Shown: positions 51,015 to 64,000 of the stretch, piece by piece
Numbering within the stretch: position 1 is the first letter of the stretch
Layout: every line of letters begins with the position of its first letter
NCBI GenBank assembly: GCA_964016885.1
Contig: OZ024740.1
Span: 93,496,001-93,560,000, forward strand
DNA length: 64,000 bases
Origin: Eledone cirrhosa
Lineage: Eukaryota
Reading direction: 5' to 3'
Position numbers and translations under genes: made by a program
Notes under the pieces: generated by a model
The model's database searches: none
Told to the model about the DNA's origin: nothing
Seen by the model: only the letters and a program-made list of their open reading frames with translations

Positions 51015-53828
51015 TGATCACAACGGTTGACACAAAGTATAATATTAAGGCCAACACAGGACAATATAGGACGGTACAAATGGGCATTTCTGCAAGTAAA
51101 AAAAAACAGAGGATGTGACTAAAAAAAAAGAAACGATGAAAGATTCCTCAATAGGGGAGAGACTTCCGTTGGTCGCTCGTGGAGAAAGCCCACAAAAAAG
51201 CCACGGTTACCCTGACCGCTAGGGAAAGTGACCACTTCCAGTTTTCCTCCTACGTTGCTAAAAGCACACGGTCAGAGTAGGCCCACCCACACAGGGCATT
51301 TGTCCCTCTCTCTTCCTCATTTCAACAAACTTGCTGGAAGGCAGCACTTCACTCTCCATCCTGATTTTCCTTTTCAGATGAACCTGAAAAAGTTAATGAG
51401 GGCGTCATCAACCCTTTCAAACATGTCCAACATAGGATCTCTTTTACCATGGCATTTAGGCAGATACAACCTCCCTGCCCTTCCCAGCTAAAGGAAGGCG
51501 GCAGGGCAATTCTCACAATGGACTCAGTTGATAGCCGGATACGTTCTACACAGCAGGTGTTCGACATAAACAAACAAGTCAGCAATGCTCGGACACTGGA
51601 CGAGTGTGTGCATGACGATTTCATCGCACTACGCGCATCTCCGACAGTCAAGGCTGACGGTACTTCCCTTCTTGTAGAGTTTATTCTGAACTGGCAATGT
51701 TCCTGAGTAGCACTGCCAGGCCAGGGATTTCTGGAGGTGTACATGGGCCCCGACCCGAAAGTTCTCCAGAAGAATTTGACTAGCTGATGTTCGTCGACGC
51801 CCAGAGTCTTCCCCAGAACGTCGTCACACATTCGCTCCACTAACCCTCTATAGAACGCTAAGGTGGGGTTACCACTGATTGTATTTCCCGACTGGTTGAG
51901 GGTTGTAAGCGCTTGAAGACATTCCAGTCTCCAAGGGCTTCCACTCGGTCTTCGCAAGACACAGGCCTGCAGCTCTGTCAAGGAAACACGCGTCTAGCAA
52001 AGAGCGAGCACACCTGCCAAACGTCAATGATGAGGTGGAGATGCCGTAGCTTGAGCGCATGTCTGCGCATCATCAGCCACGTCATGTATAGCCCTCCGCG
52101 TAGCGTGTATTGACAGCAGATGCACCGTCTGACTATCGGAACAAATTCCTTACACAAAGGGAGAAAGAGCAAACGCTCATGCGCACTCACCGCGGTCAGG
52201 CGGTAGCAGATGTCGGACGCGATGTACTTGCTCGCCACCTCCACTCGACTTTCAGGGATAGATTCCTCTCGGCCCAATTCTCGGTGAGTGAGGCCACCCG
52301 GCTCGTCACATCGTCCCAGTGTCTGTCCGTTTAGAGGTCCGGACCGAACAAGACACCTAGCAATTTAACCGGTCCACCGGCCAGCGTCCGACTGCGCTGT
52401 TAGATAGCATGGACCTGTCTCTTCAGGTGCCGAGTTGCAGACCCAGCGACTTTTCCTGGTTGAACATTGCTCATGTCACCGACTCGTATTCTCATAGTGT
52501 GGTGCTGATCGCCTCGATGTGTTTGGCATTAACCACTACTACGGTGACTTTGTCTACATATTTTGACACTCGCATCCAGTTCACCCAGGTTCCCCACAAA
52601 GTCTCCAGTATGTTCAGTAATGGCTCAAGAGTCAATACGAACTACAGGGACGAGAGAGTACATCCTTGGCTGACCGACCGCATGATGTTGAACGGTTACG
52701 AAAGGTGACCGTTCACTCTCATCACAGAGCATATGTCTCTGTGCATAGCAGCAATCCAGCACCTGAAGACAGCCGCCCTCAGGACCGCCGACAGATAAGG
52801 ATGGTCAACGCAACTGAAAGCTTTCGACTAATCTAAATTGTTAAAAACCCACACGTGTCAGGTTGCCTAGCTACTCTCTCTAAAATGAGGTGGAGGTTGT
52901 CGTGGATGGATCTGTCTGGAATGGCGCATGTCTGTGCCTCACCCACCAGACTACCACCGACAAGCGCCACCCTTTCTGCTAGCACCTCAGCCAAAATCTT
53001 GAACTCTGTGTTTAGCAGAGTTATGGGCCTGAAATGATTCCCCCTGTTCGGATCCTTTCTCAACAGCGCCACGCTTCTAGGCTCACATAGCTGGGAATTA
53101 TCCCGTTCTGCTTCCAGTTGCAGTAGATGTCCGCTAGGAGGTCTCTGAACATGTCTAGCATATGTACGTAAAGTTCCTAGGGTAGACCATCCAAACCAGG
53201 TGATTTACACATTGTACAGCCAGACCGTCGAGGTAGGCACTAAAGTCCATCCCGTGATGCGGCCCGCCCTATCTCTGAACAGCTGAGCAAAATGCCACTG
53301 AAAAGCTTCACACATCTGCGTGTGATCGAGTACCATGCGCCCGTCGTGGTCTTCCAAAGACCGAATCGTGACTCTGTTGCCACGACGCGCCTCTGCCTCC
53401 CGGGCCCATTGACGGTTTCGTCCTATCGTATCTGAGAGCACGCACCCTAGCTCTGATAACGCAACCTTCGTACTCTGCGGTAAAAAAAATTGTTCGCGAG
53501 CCAATTTCGCAGCAAGCACGTCGGTTGCGATGCCTTTACTAAGCGTTTCGTCTAATTTGCTAATTAGATCTCCCTCTGCTCTAATTTTCCCTCTTACTAA
53601 GGCCTTACTAAACCTAATGGACTCTATTCTAATCGCACTTTTCAGGGTTAACCACTATTTGCTATTGACGATGGCCCCCGTTAACACCCACTTAACCAGT
53701 TCGCTAATCCGGTCTCTGTAAGCTTTGAGCGCTGTTAACGGCGCGTTTAGCTTCCAGTAGCCGGGTCCCTCTCTATGAAGCCTGTGTAATTCAACCACAC
53801 ATATCACACATTTCTGGTCCATCTAGTC
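51015..53828 (-). mobile_element. Older, more diverged 5'-truncated Tx1-like A-related copy E
   Basis: ORF2 relics (HFRPITLLNTEFKILAEVLAERVAL, WLMMRRHALKLRHL, WRLECLQALT); truncated in the late APE region; tail not preserved. Confidence 0.9.
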
Positions 53829-53845
53829 ACCTCCCTATATACATA

Positions 53846-53915
53846 TAATTGTTTCTACTTTAGGCACAAGGCCAGCAATTACCTAGTGCATTACTGGTAC
53901 TTTATTTTATCGACT
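53846..53915 (-). mobile_element. SINE 3' fragment
   Basis: AATTGTTTCTACTTTAGGCACAAGGCCAGC. Confidence 0.88.
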
Positions 53916-53919
53916 TAAT

Positions 53920-54535
53920 AACACAGGAGTATCAATTCAAGTTGATAAGAAGTTGAGTTGATCAAAATTGCCGATCGTGCAAAAAATGATTTGAAAAGTG
54001 AACAACTTAATCTTTCGAAGTAAAGTCGAATCTCCAGTAGAATATAAATGAAGGCATGAGAGAATTGGACAATATCTACACTGGGGAAAACATTGGCATT
54101 ATGAAATCAAAACTGATGAAAACCGGTAAATTATCACCCTGGGGCTGTTACTGTGAAAGAAAATATAACGATGTTTTGGCTTTTCTATACATACGGAAAG
54201 ATCCCTCAACGCTAATCAACATCATGTTATTGTAAAATAACTAAGTAAAGAAATGTTATTATTTGATATGAGCATCCCATATAGTCACAATAACACGGCA
54301 AAAAAGTTTGACAAGATCAGAATGCATAATAGTTTTCTCGTTGAAATTGAAAACAATATTGCATATCACGGTGGCATATGTACCAAAGGTCGTAGGAGCA
54401 CCAAGAAAAACCAGAACAGTAACAAAAAATATTATTTAAGAAAGAACTGTGAATCACTATCTCTGCAGAGAAGTGCAACACACAGTTGTTAGTGGTAAGA
54501 CACATATATTAAAATAAGCACTATCAAAGTAAGAA
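53920..54535 (+). mobile_element. Decayed R4/Dong-like endonuclease-domain fragment
   Basis: Manual translation: RIGQYLHWG, YHPGAVTVKENITMFW, LLFDMSIPYSHNNTAKKFDK. Confidence 0.6.
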
Positions 54536-54572
54536 CGATATTCCTCCATATATATTGTTTGTATATCATTAT

Positions 54573-54764
54573 GGCGGTGGATTGATAGTATCGCTAGAGG
54601 GTCGGACACTATTCTTTGACACATAGAGTTACGCTCCTTGCCATTCTGAGTTCAAATCCCGCCGAGGTTAACTTTGCCTTTCATCCTTACGGGGTCGATA
54701 AAATAAAGTACCAGTAATGTACTGGGTAATTGCTGGCCTTGTGTCAGCCTTAGAAACAATTATT
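54573..54764 (+). mobile_element. Full-length SINE (short variant)
   Basis: GGCGGTGGATTG..GAGTTCAAATCCCGCCGAGG..GCCTTTCATCCTTACGGGGTCGATAAAATAAAGTACC..GCTGGCCTTGTG..AGAAACAATTATT. Confidence 0.92.
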
Positions 54765-55074
54765 TGAATATATTCTATGATTATGGATGATGTAAATAAT
54801 CGAAAACTCATAAATAAATGATTATCATTTTGTGGTTAATGTGACTTTTCATGGAGAGTATACACACGCATAATGTAAATATTTTATTTGTAAATATGTA
54901 AAGAGCGTTACGTCAAAAATGTGATGCGTTCATTTATATGGCTTATAATGTATGCATATAGTTTCTGCAACTTCCGTACCGTGAAAGAGTCGGCAATAAA
55001 TGAAAACAAAATCGATGGTATAGTAAAAATTCAGACAGAAGGTCACCGATATTTTGGGGTGGCAAGTCTATAAA

Positions 55075-55222
55075 TCGGCCCTACTGCATTACTGGTACTT
55101 AATGTTATAGAACCTGTAAGATGAAAGGAAAAAGCTAACTTCGACAGAATTGGAACTCATGAGGAAAAAGGCTGTGACCATATAGCATGTTCTTCCAGGC
55201 TGTACCGGTACTGGCATCATAT
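55075..55222 (-). mobile_element. Decayed SINE
   Basis: ACTGCATTACTGGTACTT..GATGAAAGG..GAACTCA. Confidence 0.7.
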
Positions 55223-55309
55223 TAAATAGTAATAATGAGCGAGAACTATTAGCATTCCCCGGTGCCACATATATACATATATATAAATATAAATATAAAA
55301 TAAGGAGGT

Positions 55310-55381
55310 TGCCGTGACCAGGATTCGAACATAGGTTACCACGGCCGCAACGTGGGATCCTAACCACTAGACGGCCATTAA
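55310..55381 (-). pseudogene. tRNA-His pseudogene (anticodon reads GCG instead of GTG; 5' acceptor strand lost)
   Basis: Reverse complement CGTCTAGTGGTTAGGATCCCACGTTGCGGCCGTGGTAACCTATGTTCGAATCCTGGTCACGGCA matches invertebrate tRNA-His. T-stem has mismatches; no CCA. Confidence 0.85.
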
Positions 55382-55391
55382 ACCTATATAT

Positions 55392-55600
55392 ATCTATATA
55401 CATAAATGTCAATTTCTGTCTGTTTGTGTGTGTGTTTGTTTGTGGATTTATTTGTCAACCTAAAACTCTAAGACTACCAAACGGATCTTGTTGAAACTTG
55501 ATACGTGTGTGGGGGCTCATGCCCATTTGATTTATTACGGATATTTCCTTTTAATCAATCAAAGGGTTCCCCCGCACAGTGGTTGTGTGATGCATTGAAC
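55392..55600 (+). mobile_element. Possible non-autonomous Helitron/DINE-1-like fragment
   Basis: TCTATATACATAAA start, (TGTC/TG) microsatellite, then CCAAACGGATCTTGTTGAAACTTGATAC; layout typical of DINE-1/HINE-type elements. Confidence 0.45.
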
Positions 55601-55639
55601 TGTACGTGAAGGAAGCTTTGCGGCAGCTTCATAGATCCC

Positions 55640-56290
55640 TCTTCTACACCTAACCTCTCTGATCATACTTATCAATACCAGCAACAAGTATCCACTTCCA
55701 TACAACTCGTATACTCCTCCTTAATACCGCCACTGCTACCAATCCTCACCATATAATTCTTCCCCAATATCCAAAGACCCGATTCTCTTCACAGCCCAAT
55801 TTTCTCTGCCAGTAAATGCCCTAGCGAACACATCTCCGCCTAAATCGAATTCATGCTTGCACACGTAGAAGCCTACTCCCCTCTAACATATCCGACACTA
55901 ACACCACCCTTCCTCTATTTGTCACTTTTGCATTTCCAAACGGCCAACCCCCACATGTTCACACTCAATATCAAATCTCTTTACACAGTCAGTCATTCCC
56001 AAGGCCGATGGCCTATGTGTCCTCCAACACTCCCTCGATCTACGCCCTTCCACACTTCTCTCAAACTCCACCCTAATTTGCGACACCGAGGAGTTCTACG
56101 CACTGAAGGATCTTTACTTTTCGGGTGATATATAATAAGTTACTGGGATGATCATGAACACAAAATTTGACTCAAACTACACCAACCTATTTGTAGGCTG
56201 ATCCTCAAATATTTTCCCAATACACCCGCACCATCCCTGAGCCATACGTTCGTTACATTGACTAATGTATCGGCACCACCGCATTCACCT
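55640..56290 (+). mobile_element. Decayed Penelope-like RT fragment
   Basis: Manual translation: KCPSEHISA, MFTLNIKSLYT, NYTNLFVG, PYVRYID resemble PLE RT motifs (CPTE.IS, FTMDVKSLYT, YANLF, RYIDD). Confidence 0.7.
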
Positions 56291-56307
56291 TCTCTTCATA
56301 TATATAC

Positions 56308-56359
<52 letters not shown>

Positions 56360-56559
56360 CGGCGTTGAATTAGTTTTGCGAGGCTTTTGATATGAAATCG
56401 TGTGTCGAAACAAATATTGTTATACTTGGGGAGGGTCATATTTATGTAATAATATTGCCAGAATTAATAACAGAACACACTCACTGTTTGGTTGGTTTTC
56501 GCTTCTTTGTTTTTTATATGGGTTAATTTAATTTATTCGGTCCTCAATCTTGCCATTGA

Positions 56560-56889
56560 CTGACCACCGGTCAAAAATACAGATACAATATAGACACACA
56601 CACATATATATAGTCTATCAAAGTTCATTCGTTGCACATCTGCAACATCGTCAGTGTTGCTATTTTGTTTCCTCCCGTTGCATTGTATGCCTCCGCCATC
56701 TTTATTTAGTCTGCTTATTTATTTATTTATTTGTTTATTTGTTGTCTTCTCTGCGCATGCGTTTGCGCGTGTGTATAGTCTTTTGTTTGATGTGTGTAAT
56801 TGTTTGGGTGACTGTGTATTGGTTAGTGTATTCTATCTTAGTTTACTAGTTTGTGTTTATATGTGTTTGTTGTTATTGTGCTTGTGTAT

Positions 56890-56920
<31 letters not shown>

Positions 56921-57470
56921 TACATCTCTTAGGTCAGTGTTGTTTGTTTGGGTGTTGTTGTTATTCCACTCATTGTTTCTCTTTAGCATTGGCCTTCTAA
57001 GTTCTATTTCGCTGGCCTCTCTGATTTGCCTATCTGCTGGGTCATTTCTATGTTTAGATATTATTCTAACTTCTATGTTGTCTATCTTACCGTTGTGTTG
57101 TTGTCTAGCATGTTCGTATAGTACTGAGCCGTTTTTTCGTCCTTTTATTTCCCCCCAGTTTTGGTCTATCCTTTCACCTATGCTATGATACGAGCTGTCT
57201 CACCTATGTATGTTGTTGTCATGTTTCTGCAAGTATCCTCTGTACATCTTATGCTATAGACTACGTTTCTAGTTTTACAGTTTATCCGGGGGTTTACTCT
57301 ACATATGCTACATTTCCTATTAGTACAGCGGGTTTTCTTAAAAGGGTAGGTTTTGCTGATCAGGGATTTTATGGTTGTTCCTGGCTTTTCTACCACCTTA
57401 ATCTTTAAGTGGGTCTTTCTCAGGGCCTTTCTACACTGGTTAGCTAATTTCCCTCCAGGGAACATTTCAT
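56560..57470 (-). mobile_element. Penelope-like element 3' part: Cys-rich linker + GIY-YIG endonuclease and terminal region
   Basis: KIKVVEKPG..CTNRKCSIC..NCKTRNVVYSIRC..C..TYIGETAR; continues in another frame with SVLYEHARQQH..DPADRQIREA..N.EW. Confidence 0.82.
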
Positions 57471-57842
57471 GACATAACCAATAGAGTTTGGAGGTTTATG
57501 CACATCTGTATAAATGCGAAAATGATATGTTTAAACATTGTTCCACATGCAACCAGATGGATGTTGAGCGTAAGTTCAATGAAACTATTATAGCGAAAAT
57601 TCACTATTAGGAGGATATGCAGGTAAGCGTACGAACGCAAGAAGAAAGAAGAAATTTAATCCAGGTAAAATCATTGTGTTGAGGCGTATTGAGAGCTAAG
57701 AACACACTCCCCCTATTGTATATCATTATAGAGTCCTTTGTTATGAATTCGTAGTTACAATGGATTTACAAATCAATGACTTATATTATTTCCGAGGAAA
57801 TGTCATGCTCGGTACGTTGGAAATATGTATCGCCCCTCACCC

Positions 57843-57996
57843 CCCACACACACATACACATACATACACTCACATACAGTCACATGCACACACACAGATA
57901 CACAAAACACACACACATACATACACACACACGTGCGCATGCGCGCACACAAACACACACAAAACACACACACATCTATATTTATATATATATGTG
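57843..57996. repeat. (CA)n/(TA)n microsatellite region
   Basis: Directly visible. Confidence 0.9.
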
Positions 57997-58275
57997 TTTA
58001 TGTGTGACATATTGAAAATATGTGCGTTGACATCTCTGAAGTATGTCTTAATATATGCGCATACATTTTTATTATTATGCTGAGCTCGTGAACAAAAACG
58101 AACACAGAATGGCTTCCACATTCGTTTTTTATTCATATTTTATTATAAATATTTTATCAAATATGAAAATGATTCTACTTTAATATATTTTTTATTTCGC
58201 TTATTATTCACGAAAACTACTAGTATAAACATAAAGATTTCTGTCATGAAATCATGAATACTTAACAATGTCATT

Positions 58276-58280
<5 letters not shown>

Positions 58281-58337
<57 letters not shown>

Positions 58338-58388
58338 GGAAAAAATGAAACGATATTTCATACTTATATATATTTGTTATTATTATTA

Positions 58389-58434
<46 letters not shown>

Positions 58435-58452
58435 ATATATATAGATATATAG

Positions 58453-58500
<48 letters not shown>

Positions 58501-58560
58501 GTGTGTGTGTTTGTGTGTGAGTGTCTGCTTGTATGGGTGTTTGTGTGTTAGTGTTTGTGT
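58281..58560. repeat. (TA)n-(ATT)n-(TA)n-(TG)n compound microsatellite
   Basis: Directly visible; the (ATT)n tract at ~58377-58430 has no flanking element. Confidence 0.93.
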
Positions 58561-58735
58561 TTTGGTATGTACAAATATATTAGTGCGTGCACTTAACAAG
58601 ATTTTCGTAAGAAGAGAATATAAGTCATTCCACTATCAGTATATAAAATATGTTTCTGTAACTGAAGATAGAAAATGTGAAATTTTCAAAACTGTTTAAA
58701 CACACACACACACAAGCATATACATATATACGTAA

Positions 58736-58781
<46 letters not shown>

Positions 58782-60839
58782 TTATATTAGAAACGTTTTA
58801 CCAAGCAGTGTTGCATACGACACACATCAATAAGGAAACGACGATGCAATTAGGTTGAAGCGCACCCTTCTTGCTTGTGCTTCCTTCGCAATCCGAATCG
58901 GGCGTTCATAACATAGTATTCGTACAATAATGATAATTGTAAAGCCCAGATGTAAATATCCATAACTTAATATATTCATAACAGCCCTAATTCATATTCC
59001 GCGTTGTATTTGAATCATACGAAAATCACATTTGCTAGTATGTTGCGGTGATGTCTAATGTTCTTGATCGGTTATTTTATGTTAATTAATCATATGATGA
59101 GGTAATACATATCATGTCAGTGTCTGGAACTTGGTAGCATTTGTGATGTCTTCAAGTTTGTTCTTTATTTGACATACCGTTTTGAACAGAATACGCTAAA
59201 AAAGCAAAGAGGTTAATGATAGTATTATTACTTTATCCAAGTCCTCATTCATATAGATCAATATAGATTTTCTGTTGTTCCCGCTTACATTACGGTTTAT
59301 TCTGTTATATATGAGGAATATATTTAATCAGCAACGTGTTTGAAAATATTTCTTCGCACTGACTATCTTATAAAAGGGTGAATGGATAGCCATATGGAAT
59401 AGCATTAAACGTGCATTGATGTAAACCATTTACATAGCTTGTTTAAACAGCAGGTTGATTGTTCCTGACAACAGACCCGTTGCTATGTTGTGTAGGGCAA
59501 CCTTTACACACAACGTAATTTCATGAACATAATTACAAAACTCATCAGCTTCTTTACCAGAGATCACACCAAGATTCTAAGACCCACTGCCTGCAGATCA
59601 TCTCTGAATATGGGATAATTTCGTCAATCAGTTGGCTTGTCTATTTGCCGATTTCCTGCTGTGTCTATTTATTATGTTTACATGAATGACGGGAGCAACC
59701 ATCTTAACAATACATCTGCTAAATGCAATGTTGAGACAACTTCAATTTCCTGTCCAGAAGGTGAGATGTGACGACGAAATTTATACTAAATTTTCTAATC
59801 GTTTCCCCGCTTTGTACGTACACCATGGTGTGTCAGTGCATCTCTCCCGCAATCGCAGGTGGATATGCCGACACGCTATACCCCCGCATTGAATAACCTG
59901 TCAAATTCTCCATCAATGCCATGAGGTTTTTAAAAATCAAAGATCAAAATTACAGGTAAATTCACCAGCACGATAAATAATATTCAGTCTCACTGGTCTT
60001 TTGCGAATATCTGTATATCATTTTCTTCTATGTGGTAGAGAATTTATGGAATCGTAAGGAGGCTGCTATTAAAACAAACAATCTGAAACCACATTCTCTT
60101 TACGCAGACAAATTACTCATAAAAAGGCGTATAAAACGATTTTGGAAGGACAGAGCAAGGATTGAAATGTAATTTCCAGCACTGCAACTTGATGAAATGA
60201 AGTCCAGTAAATCAGCCACAACAATATCAGCATTGGTTGTTTTGGATTTATTTACGCCCCGAAAGTGAGATTTGTTAAAAATAAATTGGATAGTGGTAGA
60301 ATCACCCTATAATTTCCCTATAATCACCCGTTTTCATAATCGCAATTTCGGGTATTAATTTCAAACAATTTTCGCTCACAAAACACCGCTACAAGAAGCG
60401 AAAATTAGTATTGGAAATGCTCTATGGCGTAGTTGTATCTGATAGAGAAAGCTTAAAATTCAATAAAACATCCCATTAAACGCTCTTACAACGTATTGAA
60501 TTATGATTATAACACGTGGGATCATACCAGTCTCAGTGGCGAAAAATCTTTGTATAATATTCATTTGTATCATTCTGGTTCTATTGCATCAGCGTTTCCT
60601 TTCGGTAGTTAGGGAATTATATTATTGATGTGTGAAGGTTCAACTGGAAAAAAAGAGTATGTCAAACATAATGTTCCGTATGGAATAATCTCATTCTAGT
60701 TCATACCTAGATTTCAAAAGACTGAAACAGCTGTAGAGATGTAGAAGACATATCTATGTAAAATACATAGATTTATTCTTTACTAACCCATTCAGTAACT
60801 TACTTAACTATGGTTATTTACCCCCCCATATATATATAA

Positions 60840-60871
<32 letters not shown>

Positions 60872-61743
60872 GTTTATATATATATATATATCCAGGGAGT
60901 GTAACGTGAAGTTACAGATCGAATACAGATCGAACCTTGAGCTGATCAGCAGCGTCACCAATAAATAAATGAAATGAGGGCTTAACAAATGGTCCTTGTA
61001 TTATTATTACTATTATTATATATATATATATATATATACACATAAATGTCAACACACACACATATATATATAAGGGATAACAAAATATCGTTATAGGTAA
61101 TCCGGTTAGAGTTTGTGAATACTTCTAATTTTTTTTTTGGTGCCTTATTTACCCAACAAGTATTCAAAAGTGGTCAGAAACAAGGCGAAACACAATTTTA
61201 GAGATATGCGACAAGCGCTCAATGGACTAAAAGAAGACCAGAGCAATACACATAGGTTATAGAGGTCAAACAAAATGAAAACGGCGGTCATGAAGCTATC
61301 AGCCACCTAAGCCAACAAAACGAAGCAAGCTGAACAGGTCAAAAGAAAGAATTTACCTGGACCCCTGGAATTGATGGTGTAATCCAGTGAAAGGTTTCTG
61401 CGACACCTAAATCAATTTTACTGCCTGCTTCCATATTCAGATGTTGGTATAATGATCGACAAAGCTGCCACTTCGTCAACAGGTATTTTCTTCTCACCCA
61501 GCGAACGGGTTCCTAGCAGTTGTATTGTTGGAGTGATTACCCCACGTGTATTACCCTGTAAGGGAGGTAACCCCTGTTTTTGGTGGATGGATTCAGTGTA
61601 AAATTAATGCAAGAATTGCAAAAACTGTACAAATCGAATTATGCCCTCGACCGACCGGGTTATTTTTAAAATAAACTTAAGCAATTAATCGGTCAATAGA
61701 ATTATCTAGTAGAATTAACTGGTTAATTGCTAGGCCCGGCAGA

Positions 61744-61795
<52 letters not shown>

Positions 61796-61870
61796 TAAAT
61801 ATTTGCTCTACGGTTCTTATATATCCATATCAAACCCTCTTTGGATTTTAGTCTTCAAATTTATTATTAT

Positions 61871-61925
<55 letters not shown>

Positions 61926-63528
61926 CCTACATATAAGAATGTGTGAGTGTATGTGTTGGTGGGTGTATTTAAGTGGTGCGTGCATCGATAGTACCTGTTG
62001 TTTCCATTTTACCTGTGCTTTCGTATGATTAAACACAGGTATGACAGAATTAATAAAACTGTTAATTTAATTACTCCCAACTTATATGGCGTTTGATTTC
62101 TCCTTCATTTTTACATAAACACTTCAATTAAAGCCCATACTTCAAGCACACAAAGATTGGTGTGAATTATGTTCAGATAATCCAAATATCTAGGACATAT
62201 AAAACCATCTTACCTTTAGACTTATTTCTGCGGCTATTTATTTAACAAGTATATATTTTCTGAATATTGTCGCACTATGCTTATTTTTGAGAAAGATGTA
62301 AATTTGATAACTGTTTATGAAAATATCGGGCCACTTACAACGGTTGAGTATTCTTAGTGATATGAGACTACTTTTGTAAAGACAAATATTTGGATATTGA
62401 AGATCACTTTTTCGGGATCCCGTAAACAACCTTTAAAATAAACATGTCGATCTTCATTTTATTCGTTCACACTATCACTAAAACCATGCTCTCCCTTGGC
62501 GTATTCCATGCATTTTTTCGTACTGCATGGTTTTTCGTTATTTATTATTAACTAGAAAATAAAGATGTAAAGAACTTTCACTTTTTATGGAAATACTGAA
62601 TCATTAATATTTGAGCAATGGTTTGACTTAAGTACACGAGGAGAAAATGCATACAAATATTCAGAAAAAAATGAAATTATATTCTGCACCAATCTTTCTT
62701 GGAGCAAGTGCGATCGAACTAACTCTCAATATACATTTTTTTTCTCCTTTCTTTGATATTCGCATATGTGAAGACGACAGCAAATATCATGCAAATTCTT
62801 AGTTCTGCGGGAAGATGTTTAGATAAATGAAAGTTTTCAAAATGTTAGTTCTATGTTTAATCTCTCTCTAAGGAAATTAATAAAATATTCGTACAGGTGA
62901 AAAAAGAAATGTTTGAAAGTTCGCAGAATATATACACTCGAGGATATAACCAAAACAATCTAGATAAAATATGGTAATGTTTGCATGATAAAAACAGTAG
63001 AAAAAAGATTGAGAAACATGAGGAGATTGGTGAGGACTTATTTAAAACAGAAATTTCCTTGTATTCATAATCAACGTCATATGATACTAATAATTATACA
63101 TCTCAAAATATGTTGTACGCTAAACACAATGCTAATGAAATATACGAATTTACACTTCAGCTGCGACAAAACTATACTAAATATTGGTGATTGATGCACA
63201 AAAAAAATATATAATTCCCTAAAATATTTCAAAATTTGGTTGAACTCTATTTCACGTCCCAGAAAATTAAATCCATTCGACCTTCCTTACATGACGAATG
63301 TTATTTTAGGGTTATATAATATTTGCTTTATTAGAATATTGCAATAGCAATATGACAAAAAATCAGCAAGTATATGTGGCTTGAATAATATAATGAAATA
63401 TATAGTTGTAAACACCATGGCAAGTATTCAATGCAATAAAGGAATATGTCTATGGGAATAGAAATAAATATTAATCAAAGTAAACGTGACCAGAGTTTAA
63501 TTCTTTACACACGTATATATTATGTGTG

Positions 63529-63596
<68 letters not shown>

Positions 63597-63867
63597 AGAA
63601 AAACAACAGACCCTCCATCTCAACTCACCTTTTGAAAAGCAGAAGAACTGCGAAACCGGTAAAGGAATCAAATAAATATATATATATTTTTTTTTAAATA
63701 AGACTCCAGTTGCATTTTCGATTTCATCTCTTTTTCTTTATACTTTCACTCGTGCAGGACACCTCGGTTATTTTTCATTTTGTAAAAAAAACCTCACTTT
63801 CTAATATATATTTATATATATATATATATTTATTTATTGAAATAACAGATTGTTTTTCACCGCTCCA

Positions 63868-63990
63868 AATAATTGTTTCTACATTTGGCACAAGGCCAGC
63901 AATTACCCAATGCATTACTGGTACTTTATTCTATCGACCCCGGCGGGATGTGAACTCAGATCATACAGGGAGGTAACTCTATGCTTCTGT
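63868..63990 (-). mobile_element. SINE copy with internal deletion near the window end
   Basis: AATAATTGTTTCTACATTTGGCACAAGGCCAGCAATTACCC..GAACTCAGATC. Confidence 0.85.
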
Positions 63991-64000
63991 CTTTGCGCAT

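Noticed and set aside
13791-53915. Telomeric HeT-A/TART/SART-like array
   Set aside because: Ordinary sequence flanks both sides and no TTAGGG/TTAGG repeats are visible.
938-57470. flamenco-like uni-strand piRNA cluster
   Set aside because: Strand bias within the array is explained by target polarity, and flanking relics occur on both strands. Small-RNA data would be needed.
58800-60600. Moderately complex stretch that may be a decayed DNA transposon or host exons
   Set aside because: No convincing motif in manual translation. Left unannotated pending blastx/Dfam.

Overview
Eukaryotic, AT-rich, microsatellite-rich animal DNA with no recognisable host protein-coding gene. The tRNA-derived SINE family resembles octopus SINEs, so an octopod cephalopod is the likely source (inference). 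The main feature is a ~40-kb array (about 13.8-53.9 kb) of L1/Tx1-clade non-LTR retrotransposons. All are on the minus strand, mostly head-to-tail, and almost all junctions are (AAT)n tracts. The array holds five copies reaching a full 5' end (four ORF1/5'UTR variants) plus several 5'-truncated copies. One copy is fully intact (44507-50361; ORF1 636 aa, ORF2 1139 aa APE-RT-CCHC). Two R4/Dong-clade elements (restriction-like endonuclease) lie in the array in the opposite orientation, one clearly bounded by (AAT)n on both sides. A SINE whose 3' end resembles the Tx1 3' end is scattered through the array. The flanks carry decayed CRE-like, R4/Dong, RTE, mariner, Penelope-like and Helitron-like relics and a tRNA-His pseudogene. 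The best candidate for an undescribed system is a (TTA)n-microsatellite-targeting Tx1 family that builds its own tandem array, with a putative partner SINE. Family labels A-E are my working names. All alignments were done by eye.
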